From Botryllus schlosseri (lineage: Eukaryota): a stretch of 64,000 nt of DNA. This document shows positions 12,484 through 23,588 of the stretch, in pieces. The translations under genes were made by a program, and so were the position numbers. The notes under the pieces were generated by a model. That model did no database searches, was not told the DNA's origin, and was given only the letters and a program-made list of their open reading frames with translations. Every line of letters starts with the position of its first letter. Position 1 is the first letter of the stretch. The stretch covers positions 11,098,001 through 11,162,000 of the forward strand of contig CM119382.1 of the NCBI GenBank assembly GCA_051294905.1. Reading direction: 5' to 3'.

Positions 12484-15400
12484 ATGAAATTCCTGGTACC
12501 AGTTTTGCTAATGGTCGTATTATTCCTCGCGATTCACGACGTAAACGCATGGGGAAGAAGGAGACGGAGGGGTAAAGTAAGAAAATGGTTTAAAAAAGTG
12601 GCAAAAAAGACCAAGGCCTGGTTTAAGAAAGCGGCCAGAAAGGTCGGGGCCTGGTATAAAAAGCACAAGTGAGTAACTGACGTGGCTTGTGTACAGTACA
12701 TCTATATATATGGTTTCTAGCAGTATATATCAATTTACGCTTGCTGATAAAATTGTTAGATTGCCTAAAACGCTGCATAGCAATTTCGGCTCAATTCCAA
12801 CCTATAGAAGCATTGCTATATGAGAAAAAATGGATTTATTTATTAAAAATAAATATAAATTAATTCGAATTTTATTGGATGTCTCATGAAATTGTTAGGT
12901 TGTCTGAAAAACGATTAAAACAAATTTGGCTCAATTCCAACCAGTAGAAGCGTAGTTATTGGAGTATCTAATTTAGGCTCTGAAAAAGCTATATTCACTG
13001 TGGCAAATTACGAACAGTTTTACGTGGGTCGTCGCCATCAATTTTGAAGGGTCTTAACTATTGGTTCGCTGGTAACATCGAGACGATATTAAACTTCAAA
13101 GGCAATGTATGAGGTGTATTATCAGCCACCAGCATGACGTCACAATATGATAGCAGAGAGTCAGAGAAGTATTATCCGCGACTGCCAGACTGAGAATATT
13201 CATCTATTTCTTACAGATAACACGTCCTGGTGTAGCTTTTCGGTTTATTTCATGTCCAGTGATAGTGATGACTGTAAATCTGTTCCAATAAGTGCCGTGG
13301 AGTTTCGGAAATGAGCCTTGCTAGATGTCATTATCTTTTGAATAACGACTGAAAATATCGGATTTATCAGTGAAGGTTCAAGTTATCGTTATTGGCTCAA
13401 AATCCAATATCGAGCGGGCTATATGGGGCGTGGGCTGATTTTCATCGACAACACGTTTACTTTACTTATCAAGGCCTCGCCAAATTTTATTGAAGGTAGC
13501 ATTTCCAGGGGTGGATTGCGGTTTTAGTTAGAGCTGACCACAATGATTCGAGTGCTCGAATCTGAATCGAGTATTTATCCTAATGATTCGAGTCTATAGT
13601 AGTAAAAGACCATTTCTTCGATTACTGAAATGGTACGCTCCTCGCCACTAAAAAAATATCAACGTGAATTATAGTTTAGATACTAGTACGACTGTGGAAG
13701 CCTTGAAACCTTTATTGGCCGCCGTATCGCAGCATACCAAACAGTATAGTACGAATCTACGAAGGTTACTGGAAATAACATATTTCTTAAGTCTAATCAA
13801 CCCACAACATTGCCACAAAATGAAATGAAATAGAAACGAGCCATGCTTGCTGTATAGACATTTGCTATTCTCATGAGTCATGCTCGTAAGAATGAACCAC
13901 GACTTGTTGTCGTTGTTGTTTTTACTAAAAGAAAAAAAATGAAGCTTATCACCTGTTGGTATTTTGCACCACGGTTAATATTGGTGTGGCAAGAAATGAA
14001 AAGCAATTAATAATGGCGTACGTAATGGATAGAAGACATATTGTTATAAAATAGTCTTTCAGCACCACGAAAAATTATCAAGGCTGAAATACGTGAATTT
14101 CGGAACGGTGGGAAAATAAAACAGTCACGGCTATTCAGGTTGCAGGATAACACGAATTCAATGATGAGTGGGATAATTTTGTCATCATGTGAGTTGAATT
14201 TCATAGCAGAAATCAACATTTGATTCGGCACATTTCGCAACAAGGAAACTACGATGGAACTCATATTTCGGGCAACGGATCAAAAAATGTTCAGTTCTTT
14301 TCGGATAAAGACAAAGACAGCAAAGTTGAGATTCTACTGAACCAATTCAAAACGAGTGGTCATGCAGAAAGTAGCCGGACTGCAGACGAACAACAATACT
14401 TTCTTCTAAGCGTTTCTACGCGCAGGCGGTTTATTCACAACGGATGAATTTGAACTTTTATAATGAAGTCCCATGTCTGATGTTCGAAATTCACGGTCCC
14501 ATAGATCACGACAGTGTTGTTGAATGATCTTCCGTACTTCGTGATATGATAGCCTCGGTTAATCCTGGACAAGAATGGACGGGAACTTGATTCAAAGTCT
14601 TCGCGAAATCCGTGATTCTAATTCTAATCTAATTTGCAAAAAAAACTGTTGGTATAATTCTAATTTTAATCTATTTTGGAAATAACTGTGTTAGCTATCA
14701 TTCTAATTCTACTTTAATTTGTAAAAAAAGCATTCTAGCTGTATTTCTAATTCTAAACTAATGATGACACGATGAACATTTCCTAGTCCGAGTCTGGATG
14801 CTTATGCTGAATTCAGGAAATGAGCGTATTCGGCATGGCGTAGCTCTCCTATATATTTATACATGAAATTATTAACGACTGCTAATTTGATCACAAGTTT
14901 AATTTTTCATGCAGGAAAGCTATTCATACCGCTGGGAAAGTAGCACTAGCACTAATAACGGGGAAAGACGCTGAAAATCAGCTCGCCAATATCGCTCATC
15001 TCAAAGCTCACGTAAGTCGACTCCAGTGCGCGAGACTTATCAATAAAATTCGATGCTGACTGCAAGTGATAATTATAGCACAAAGCGTCTGCATTTGTTG
15101 AGGTGATTGAATATTTTTTGTTAAAATAAACACGTACAAAGTCAGCGTATGAATTATTTATTGAAAATAATGTTTTAACCCGTTCTCTTCGCGCTAGTCC
15201 ACCTGAGTTCAACTCAACCGTTGTTTGTTTCTTTGTTTAATTCATGAATAACAGTAGTGCTTATCGCCTATGGCAGAGGTGGGCAAACTACGGCCCGCGG
15301 GCCGCATGCGGCCCTCCACACCGTTCTGTGCGGCCCGCGAGAGTTTAAAGAAACTTATTAAAAATAATGATAAAATGCGTACTAAAAATCGAATTAATGC

Positions 15401-18400
15401 AGGGACTTGAATAAACTTTTCTTAGTATATTTCACCATTACAATTCGAAGGCAGTGGTTCTCAGACTGGGGGCGCCTTGGAGGCATGGAAGCATCTGAAG
15501 GAGCGCAAAGCTGAGCTCAACTGAAAAAAAATTTCGCGCTCGGCGCGATTTACATCCCATTCACAACTTTTGCTCTGTATTTAGTCTGAATTATATATTT
15601 AAAAATCTCTCATCCACAGTCGTAACCTTCCATGCCATAAAACTATCAGTTAGGTTTGCTAGCATCCTGCTGGTTGCGTATTGTGATATGTCGATCAGGG
15701 GACGCGAAATCTTTTACCGTCATGAAGGGGCGAGTCTTAAGAAGTTTGAGAACCACTGTTCCAAGGTAAATACTTCCTATAATATTTTTTATATTTAATT
15801 TCTGGCGCGACAGCCGATCTCAAGGCCCACGCAGTTTGAAAGGCTTCAACTGCTAAACATCACAGAAATCTTGAACGAGATTGACATAATTCGGATCACG
15901 AGTGTGATTTCAGATTGGTCATTCCAGTTTTGATTATTTCGGTGATCTGCTTCTAAAAAACGATTCGCGCGTGTCTTAGGTGGATTCGTTCTCTGAATGC
16001 GTGGAATTAAGGTATTTATATTTTATCAACACGTAGTAGACGCGTGTTTGAAGCTAACATGGTTATGATGCTGTCAACATTGTGTGTTCTGGAACTGAAC
16101 CAAAAGTGGAATTAGTAAATATATGAACAGATCGCTGCTCACAGATTTAAATTTCAATCCTGCTCTAAGAAACGGGTCAACCTATTTTTATCTCTATAGT
16201 TTTGATAAATTGGTTATTGAGGTCGACCAGCCTATGAAATCTCGCCACTGTTTCCGACGCGTGTACGATATCATCAAGGCAATGTTTGAATTGTTTTAAA
16301 TAAGCATGAATATTATGTCCATGTCCCTACTAGATCATCAAATACCAATATTGCGTTTTGGTTTATAATCCTAATTTTATATAGTGCGGCCCGCGAATGG
16401 ATTCAGATGTTGAATGCGGCCCGCGAGCTCAAAAGTTTGCCCACCCCTGGCCTATGGGGTCATGTGCTCCAAGACAATGACTTGGCAATGTTCAGGACCT
16501 CTACCTTCGTAATCTTGCGTACGAATTCCACACTCGCGTCCCTCCAACAACAGTCACTCTCGGCTCGGTTCACCATCAATCTGGGCTTTTTTTAACCCAT
16601 TCTATTGCAGTTAGGTTAGCGACACATAAAAACGTGGCAGAGTCGAGACGCGATCCAATACCTATTGGTGTCGTGACCGTGTCGCTTAGCACACTGCGCC
16701 ACTCGCTTCCCTCAACTCAACTGTACTACACTAGGCGTTCGATATAAGCCAGTATCAGTAGATCCGTGATGCTCAAGACACACAAATCAACGCCTACATA
16801 TTTAATGCGTGATGATACGCCCCTCTTGGCCATCATTGGTTGCAGACAATTAGGCTAGATCCGCAGCACAATTGTGACAGCTGTGGTGGTAGTTATGTGC
16901 AGTGGGGCACGCGGGATATGTTGGGTTCGAACCAGAAACCTGTGAACCTTGTGAAATGCCAATCCCATCTACAATATTTATCATCTCGTTTGTAATTAGG
17001 CAATTGGTATCACGCTGTGGCGTTTCGATCGAACTATACGACGCCGCTACCCAAGGTGAAGCCTTGCATTTCTGAACTGGAACGGTAGACATCACTCTGA
17101 TTTGCAATTAATATTCATTATCATGCTTTCATTTTGCTTGAAAACGACATTTGAGTTCCGCGGAGGCATGTAGATTAGCGTAAGTGTTGCGCGGGCTAGT
17201 AAAGGTTAGGAAGAACCGGTCTTAGCCAATGTTCCCTCTAAGCTGCGCACAAACACAATTGCGCAGTGCTCACACGGTCTCTGCACGCAGAAAATCTAAG
17301 TTGTGCACAAAAAATCCGAAGTGATGACCTTTTTTAAGTCGTTACGCACTGTTGTCCAAAGGTCTGCGCGGTGAGTTGGTGAGTGCGCGCAGACTCGTCA
17401 AAAATTAGAGGGAACGTTGGTCTTAGCTAATCTAGAACAGTGGTTCTCAACCTTTTTCACCTCGCGGACCGGTAAAATTTCAAAAAAATGACTGGCGGAC
17501 CGGTGAACTTTCAAAATTGAAATTTAGCCAAAATGTAAAGCATGCAACCGTTTTTTGCAGTTATATGATGCTAGAGAGTGACATTTAGAGGGTTTTGATC
17601 GTGATTAATTATCTTCACGATGGCATCCATGTGATTTTATGGTAGTCAGTCTGCTGAGTCGATGTAAAATTGCCTTATCCAGATAAACGTGCTACCATCG
17701 AGAGTCGTTTACAGTCTTTCGTGCCGAAGGCCGTGGGTTTAACGGACCACGCCAACTCGAATAATATTCATCTCTTTGACAATATCGATACAAGAAGCGT
17801 TTCGGAGTCGAACCAAGCACTTTGTCGTGCTACCTTGCTCATTGCCCACTGGCACTGGACGCATAGGCTACTCTGGCAACTACGAATACAATGCGTGACG
17901 CAAGAAAACACCTTACAGTAACTATACCGGCATCCGTGCCGAAAAAGCACTTCGTAAGCCCACCCCCAAAATCGCTGATCTTGTGCTCCACAGGTCGATA
18001 AAGCCACAGTTGGGAGGATGTTTTCACCTTTCTGAGCACATTCATTCTACTCAGTGTAAGCAAAGAGTTTATAAGTAGCTTAATTGCGTCAATAGCGCAA
18101 ATTTTCCACCATTCATGACTGAATCGGTTTTCTCGCTGCCGTATTTTTGGCACGACTTTCGGAGTAGCATGTTAGCCTAATCTTCATTATTTTGTATTGG
18201 TACGTCATGGCGCGGTAATGGCTGACGCCCAATTGCCTATTTCTATAAATCATGCGTATTTCTCGGAGACGGGCACCTAAGATGCAAGACATTTAGTGTC
18301 ACTAAATCGCGCAAAGAGCGAAAACAAATTGAAAAATGTTGGGAAAAGTTTCAAATAAATACGCTATGATTTATGTTCATCATGGTTGTGTATTGACTCG

Positions 18401-19652
18401 ACTTGTACTCGAGTCATTGCACATGACTCGGACCGAGTGATATGACTCGAGACTGGGTCTACCAAGACAGGCATTTCATTGCAATTTCGAAGAATAGTAA
18501 AGTTATCACGCTGATATTATTTCGTCTGTCCATACTGGCACTTGAAAATGCTACCTGAAACTGTTAAAAGTGACGAAAATGAAGATATTATGAATGAGAA
18601 GCATTCGATATCACCGGGTAGAGTTGTGAAAACTGGGTCTCACATGACATTAACTCGAAACTGGAAAGTCCGCACACAATGACTTGGACTCGGACTGGAG
18701 TCAAAACACTATGACTCAGACTCGACAGTCTACTCAGTGACTTGGACTCGGACTTGACTCGGTGGTGAATTGAAAATGACTCGAATTGACTCGAGTCAAA
18801 ACTAAAAAAGTGAGATTGACTTGTGACCCGGAACCTTATGACTTGGATACAACCCTGATGTTCATTTCCAAAATAATTTCGGGTTCTTTTCAAGCTCGGC
18901 CCTTCTCCTATTAGGCGGTTTGGGGTGCCCCGGTTACGGTCCTGCACAGAATGAATGAATCGAAGACGAATGCTCGCGCAAACTGCGCTGTTTAGCGATG
19001 AATCAGCTCGTACCTGTTCAGTACTTGTCGCTCGCATGTCGTCAAATGGCACGTCTTGAACTTTATGTCAAATCGAACATTTTTTCAGCCCTAGTGTTAC
19101 CTCAAGAAGTTCTGAATCAGTTTAAAATTTAATGTTTTATATATTTGATCAATGGGCAAGCCTTTTACAGTGCATCTTGAATTTAAGGTATAAAATTGTA
19201 ATTTACCTGGCGGACCGGCAGGAATGTCGTCGCGGACCGGCACCGGTCCGCGGACCGGCGGTTGAGAACCACTGATCTAGAACATATTTGACGGAAGTAC
19301 ACCATGATGTACCGAATACTGCCAACGTGAAAATCAGAGATGAAATTCTTTGTTTAATCGCACATAGGATCGAGAGGCGTACGATGACTTTATGCAGCGG
19401 ATTCAGTCAGATGTGGAAGAGAGATTCTCACAGCAAGACGCGGGTCACGTGGTAGCGGTTCTAGATGAATTGACTGACATGCAGCCGGGTAAGTCGATCA
19501 TGCATTGAGTTTCCGTTGCATGAGCTCACTGGTTTAAAATCACAGATGAGCGCTCGCGTTTCTTGCAAAGCATCAGCGAGGATAGCGACGATCATGACCG
19601 TGAAATTCTAGAGGCCTTTTCCGAACCGGACGCCGCTTTTGATGTGGAATAA
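12484..19652 (+). CDS. Secreted styelin-like cationic antimicrobial peptide precursor (169 aa: signal peptide, cationic amphipathic peptide, Gly, acidic propiece)
   Basis: Coding exons 12484-12668, 14915-15011, 19368-19488 and 19546-19652 (510 nt, all GT-AG, phases 2/0/1) translate to MKFLVPVLLMVVLFLAIHDVNA-WGRRRRRGKVRKWFKKVAKKTKAWFKKAARKVGAWYKKHKKAIHTAGKVALALIT-G-KDAENQLANIAHLKAHDREAYDDFMQRIQSDVEERFSQQDAGHVVAVLDELTDMQPDERSRFLQSISEDSDDHDREILEAFSEPDAAFDVE*. The WFKKAARKVGAWYKKHK...IH segment and the DDFMQ acidic tail resemble styelin precursors as I recall them. Confidence 0.85.
14617..14762. repeat. AT-rich minisatellite, ~40-bp unit x ~4, in an intron of the peptide gene
   Basis: attctaattctaatctaatttg-like unit repeated four times. 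Confidence 0.6.
15274..16449. mobile_element. Non-autonomous hAT (Charlie-like) element
   Basis: CAGAGGTGGGCAAACT...AGTTTGCCCACCCCTG; subterminal GGCCCGCG motifs; perfect TSD GCCTATGG. Confidence 0.9.
15452..15758. mobile_element. hAT MITE nested in 15274-16449
   Basis: CAGTGGTTCTCA...TGAGAACCACTG; TSD TTCGAAGG/TTCCAAGG (7/8). Confidence 0.8.
17227..17419. mobile_element. hAT-type MITE (193 bp)
   Basis: TIR CAATGTTCCCTCTAA / TTAGAGGGAACGTTG; perfect TSD GTCTTAGC. Confidence 0.85.
17438..19274. mobile_element. Non-autonomous hAT element
   Basis: CAGTGGTTCTCAACC...GGTTGAGAACCACTG; subterminal GCGGACCGG repeats; perfect TSD ATCTAGAA. Confidence 0.9.
18381..18857 (-). mobile_element. GACTCGAGTC-family hAT MITE nested in 17438-19274
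   Basis: Right end TACAACCCTG, left end CATGGTTGTG; TSD ATGTTCAT on both sides; homologous to 31913-32500. Confidence 0.75.
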
Positions 19653-20008
19653 ACGAGCCTGCTGATTCCTTTTTCATAGCAATCATCTCTTTTTGGAGTA
19701 CTAACCTTTAAATATTCAAGATTGATTCAAGCTGCTCAGTGTATGTGACTATACGCCAACTATCGAAAATGTTCAGCTTTTCCGCATTACATATGAATTA
19801 CTGAATTCCGAATAAGAAGGAAATGCAACAAAAATCAAGTTTAATTGAGTTCATAATCATGGGAATAGAACATTTATACACCATTTCTTGACCCGTTTCG
19901 CACTAATTATATACAGTCAGCCTGCACAGTGAAGTGTAACTATAGACGTAACAGCGGTTTCAAATTATTCGAGAATATATACTCTTTAAATCCTTAATCC
20001 AATCGAAG

Positions 20009-20733
20009 TTACATTATGGCATCCTCTGTTGGGGGGCTGCCAGTAAAACTGCACTCAAGCCACTGCAGAAACTACAGCACAAAGTACTCCGAATCATAGC
20101 TAGGGCCCCAAAGGGACCTGGCTGCCCATCCAATAAGTCACTGCTGAAGAGATTCGGCGTCCTAAACATAGAAGATATGCGGAAACTAGAAATCGCCAAG
20201 TTCATGTATCAGTTTCACTGCGGTCGTTGCCCCGAATATTTCAATGACTTCTTTACCTCTGAATCAAAAGCGCACAAGTACAACACACGCGCGTCCACGT
20301 CGTCCAAATATCATATGATCGACCGAAAAGATCATCGCTCCATCAAATATGCCGGACCTGATGTGTGGAACAGTATCCCGCCGGCCATCCGACAGTCGAC
20401 GAGCATGTCCACATTCAAGTCGAAATACAAGCAATTACTACTAAATAAATACAGTCCATCCTCAAGATTACCGGACCACGACTGACCTATCGATCTCGCT
20501 TCCCATGACATGCCGCCCTATTTCTTGTCGCATTCTTTTTCTATACTATCTTCTTTACTTTCATTCAGTGTGCATGCCTCCTCTTTACATCGCCTAGGCC
20601 AAGGTGGGTGTCAGATTCCATAGACTACTCCTTGTCGCTTCGACATCTTCCTGTCTTTTCATTGTATCGCATTTTTGTGGTGTATTGAACTGATAAAATT
20701 GCTAATAAACCAATGATGATGATGATGATGATA
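20009..20733 (+). mobile_element. 5'-truncated CR1/L2-clade LINE (ORF2 C-terminus, 3'UTR and (ATG)n tail)
   Basis: Frame 20009-20485 reads HYGILCWGAASKTALKPLQKLQHKVLRII...KFMY...HKYNTR...SIKYAGPDVWNSIP...STFKSKYK, followed by a 3'UTR and aatgatgatgatgatgatgat. Confidence 0.85.
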
Positions 20734-21240
20734 TAATTTGAAGCTTATAATGCAGGTCGGAACGGCACCACAGATAGAAGTCGCCTATATAACAATAGAT
20801 TTGAATATAATACTAAATACCTCATCAAGGAGCTCTCAAAAGTCTATAATTCGTATTATCAGGTAATTATATTATTATTATTAGAAGTAAAATCATGATA
20901 GTGGCGATTATCACAGTACAGGTTTTGTACGCCACTTCTATACTGGTTATTACAATGAATCCAACGTGCACATTCAACATACGGAGATAGCCGACAATAT
21001 ACAATACCCAAACACGACATCAACACATTTGGATATACAAATAATGGATATGAATGTATTAGGTAGACTATCTATTCTAAATCGTCCTGAAGATATCACG
21101 ATCTCTAGAATATTATCCAATATCGTTGGATCTGTTAAAACGTTGCATAGCATAGCATATAGCATAGCATAATTGGTCGTCCCCTGGTGACGTATTTTTC
21201 TTGGTTCTTAAAGCCATGGTCAGTCAGATTTTCGAATGAC

Positions 21241-21492
21241 GACCTAGCATATCGATCTCGTCTTCCGCAACATGCCACCTCATTTTGTCGCTAGCCTTTT
21301 ATATTCTCTGCTTTACTTTTCATTCAGTGTACAATGTACATGCCTCCTCTCTACTTCGCCTAGGCAAAGGTGGGTGTCTGATCTCAAAGACTACTCAAAG
21401 TCGTTTCGGCACCTTCCTATCTTTTCATTGTATCGCAGTTTTTGTGGTGTTTTGAAATGATGAAAATATTAATGAACTGATACTAATACTGA
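21241..21492 (+). mobile_element. LINE 3'UTR fragment (same family as 20009-20733)
   Basis: Matches 20485-20720 (cgatctcg...cgcctaggc.aaggtgggtgtc.gat...ttttcattgtatcgc). Confidence 0.75.
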
Positions 21493-23503
21493 CTAGATAT
21501 TCTTGTTAGCACTTCGCGCGATTTATAGTCAATCGATTTCTTGCTTTTAGTGCTGGTACCCCTTCCTGAAAATTAAAAGTACGTCCAATTTATAGAATTG
21601 AGTCTGACTATATTTGCAATTATTAGAGAACGTGTCGCCCAACATCCGACTTTAGGCTATACATGTGCGCTCGCAGAAAGATCGTCGGAAAATGAAACCT
21701 TTGCACAAAATGATTGACGCATCTTCACCGAAATCTTCAATATTTGTACATCCAAAAGCTGATTAATCCTGTCCTTCAGTGACGTGCGGTCAATATGGAG
21801 GCAGGTGAGGCAGTGCCTCACCTGTCGTCGGGGCGAGTACGACAAAATTGTGAAAATCCTCAATAAATATTGAGATATGCATGATTAACTAAACTTGAAC
21901 ATTTTTCACCCAACATCATCAATTCACAAATTTATTATTCAAAGATACGGCGCGAAAAGAGAGGTGAGGCACATGTGAGACACGGGTGGGTCGTGCCTCA
22001 CCTGCGGCAATGCAATTCATGATATACGTCTCATAATTCAAAATAACTGGTGTCAATCAAATGCTATTGTCTGAAAACCCGAATATTATTATTGTCAGAG
22101 CACCAGAACCCCCTTAAAATCGCCAAGGAATGTCAAATTCGGCTATATTGCTCACGACGGAATCGCAGAGGAACAATGGCCAGGTGAGGCACAAACGAAT
22201 CTGCCTCATTCACTCTACTCCCTAACAATCGGACAATCGCAGCACTGTGATACGCGCTATCACCAGGGCCGTAACAGCACTTCGTCAGCCCCCAAAAAAA
22301 CTTTGGTCTTGGGCCCCCCATAGGGTTATAGACCGAACTTCTGGGGGGCTTTGCCCCCCAGACCCCCTCCGGCGATACACTGTTTACCGCTATTCATCAT
22401 ATTCATTGGGAATTTGATTAGTGAATCAGCTTTTGTCGCCTAAGCGCGCGAAGCGCGGAAAATTTCTAGAATTCATGATTTCATCGGTCAGTATGATCGG
22501 GAATTGCATATATTGTTATCAATTTTAATCTTCTCTCTGCTCACGTAATCAGATTTGCCGGTAGAGCTGAGTGAGGTGTGTTTGAAAAGGTAGGACCACT
22601 AAATAATAATTAAACATCTTCGGGCGTATACCCGTTGGCAGGAACGAAACAGCACCTCGTCAGGCCCCCCAAAACCTGGGTCTTTGGCTCCCATAGCGTG
22701 ATAAAACGACCCCCGATCACGTTGTTCGCGTTTGTCACGAAATTATTTGCACCGTATTGTGAGCCAGCGCGAAGCGCGAAAATTTTCGATAATTTATGAT
22801 AAAATCGGTCAATCAGATCGGCGATTGCATATATATTATGCTATCAATTCATTGTCCTCTCTACTCTCGTAATTAGATTACCGGTAGAGCTGAGTGAAGT
22901 GTCTTGAAAACGGGAGGGCCCGTGAATAATGATTAAACATCTTCGGACGGGCGGACCCGTTGATATGACTTCGTTACATGATGTTATTTCGTGACTTCCA
23001 GTCTGCTATATCAAAAAAATATAGAATCGCCCAAACGTAGGCTTCTAAACTAAGAGACGCACACGATTTCAAATTGGTATTTCTTCACTGGCATAAAATT
23101 TTTCCCAGCAGGATGGTATTTGTCTTGTGAGGTTCAGATTGCAAAGACAGGAACATTCGGCGCCAGTTATTTAGGCGCCTATGGACAATTAAACCTATAT
23201 GTATTTTGCAGTGGCGGCTCGTGATAATATCGGATGGTGGGGCAGGGGTGTACGCGATTTTAATTGTCTAAATGACCTCACAATAGTGTATTCCGACGTG
23301 AAAATGTGACTTCGTGGAGGTCACACACAGTTTGTATGGGGTATATACATTAAGCATGGTAAACAAGACTTACGTATTTCAAATTATTCGAAAGAAAATA
23401 TCAAGTACAGTTGTTCATACCTGCATATTTTAACGTTTGTATCAGCAGGCCTATTGCGCGCGGCGTGATTTCATAGTTAAATAGTATATTCATATTGAAA
23501 TGA

Positions 23504-23537
23504 GCCCGAATATTTTCGGCTGACACTCGTCAGGGGT
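23504..23537 (-). ncRNA. Minimal type I hammerhead ribozyme motif (family A)
   Basis: Minus strand ACCC CTGACGA G TGTCAGC C GAAA ATAT TC GGGC. Confidence 0.65.
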
Positions 23538-23554
23538 AATCGTCAGCAACTAGT

Positions 23555-23588
23555 ACCCCTGACGAGTGTCAGCCGAAAATATTCGGGT
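23555..23588 (+). ncRNA. Minimal type I hammerhead ribozyme motif (family A)
   Basis: ACCC CTGACGA G TGTCAGC C GAAA ATAT TC GGGT: complete CUGANGA/GAAA/UH core, 4-bp stem I, palindromic stem III. Confidence 0.7.

Noticed and set aside
14020-14450. Weak protein-kinase-like wording (RWENKTVTAIQ...EFNDE...HLIRHI)
   Set aside because: Several stops, no HRD/DFG motifs and no splice support; it lies in an intron of the peptide gene
17839-18153. Minus-strand ORF starting MPKIRQRENRFSHEW, faintly like Charlie/SPIN transposase N-termini
   Set aside because: The similarity is limited to a few residues and no further transposase motifs were found
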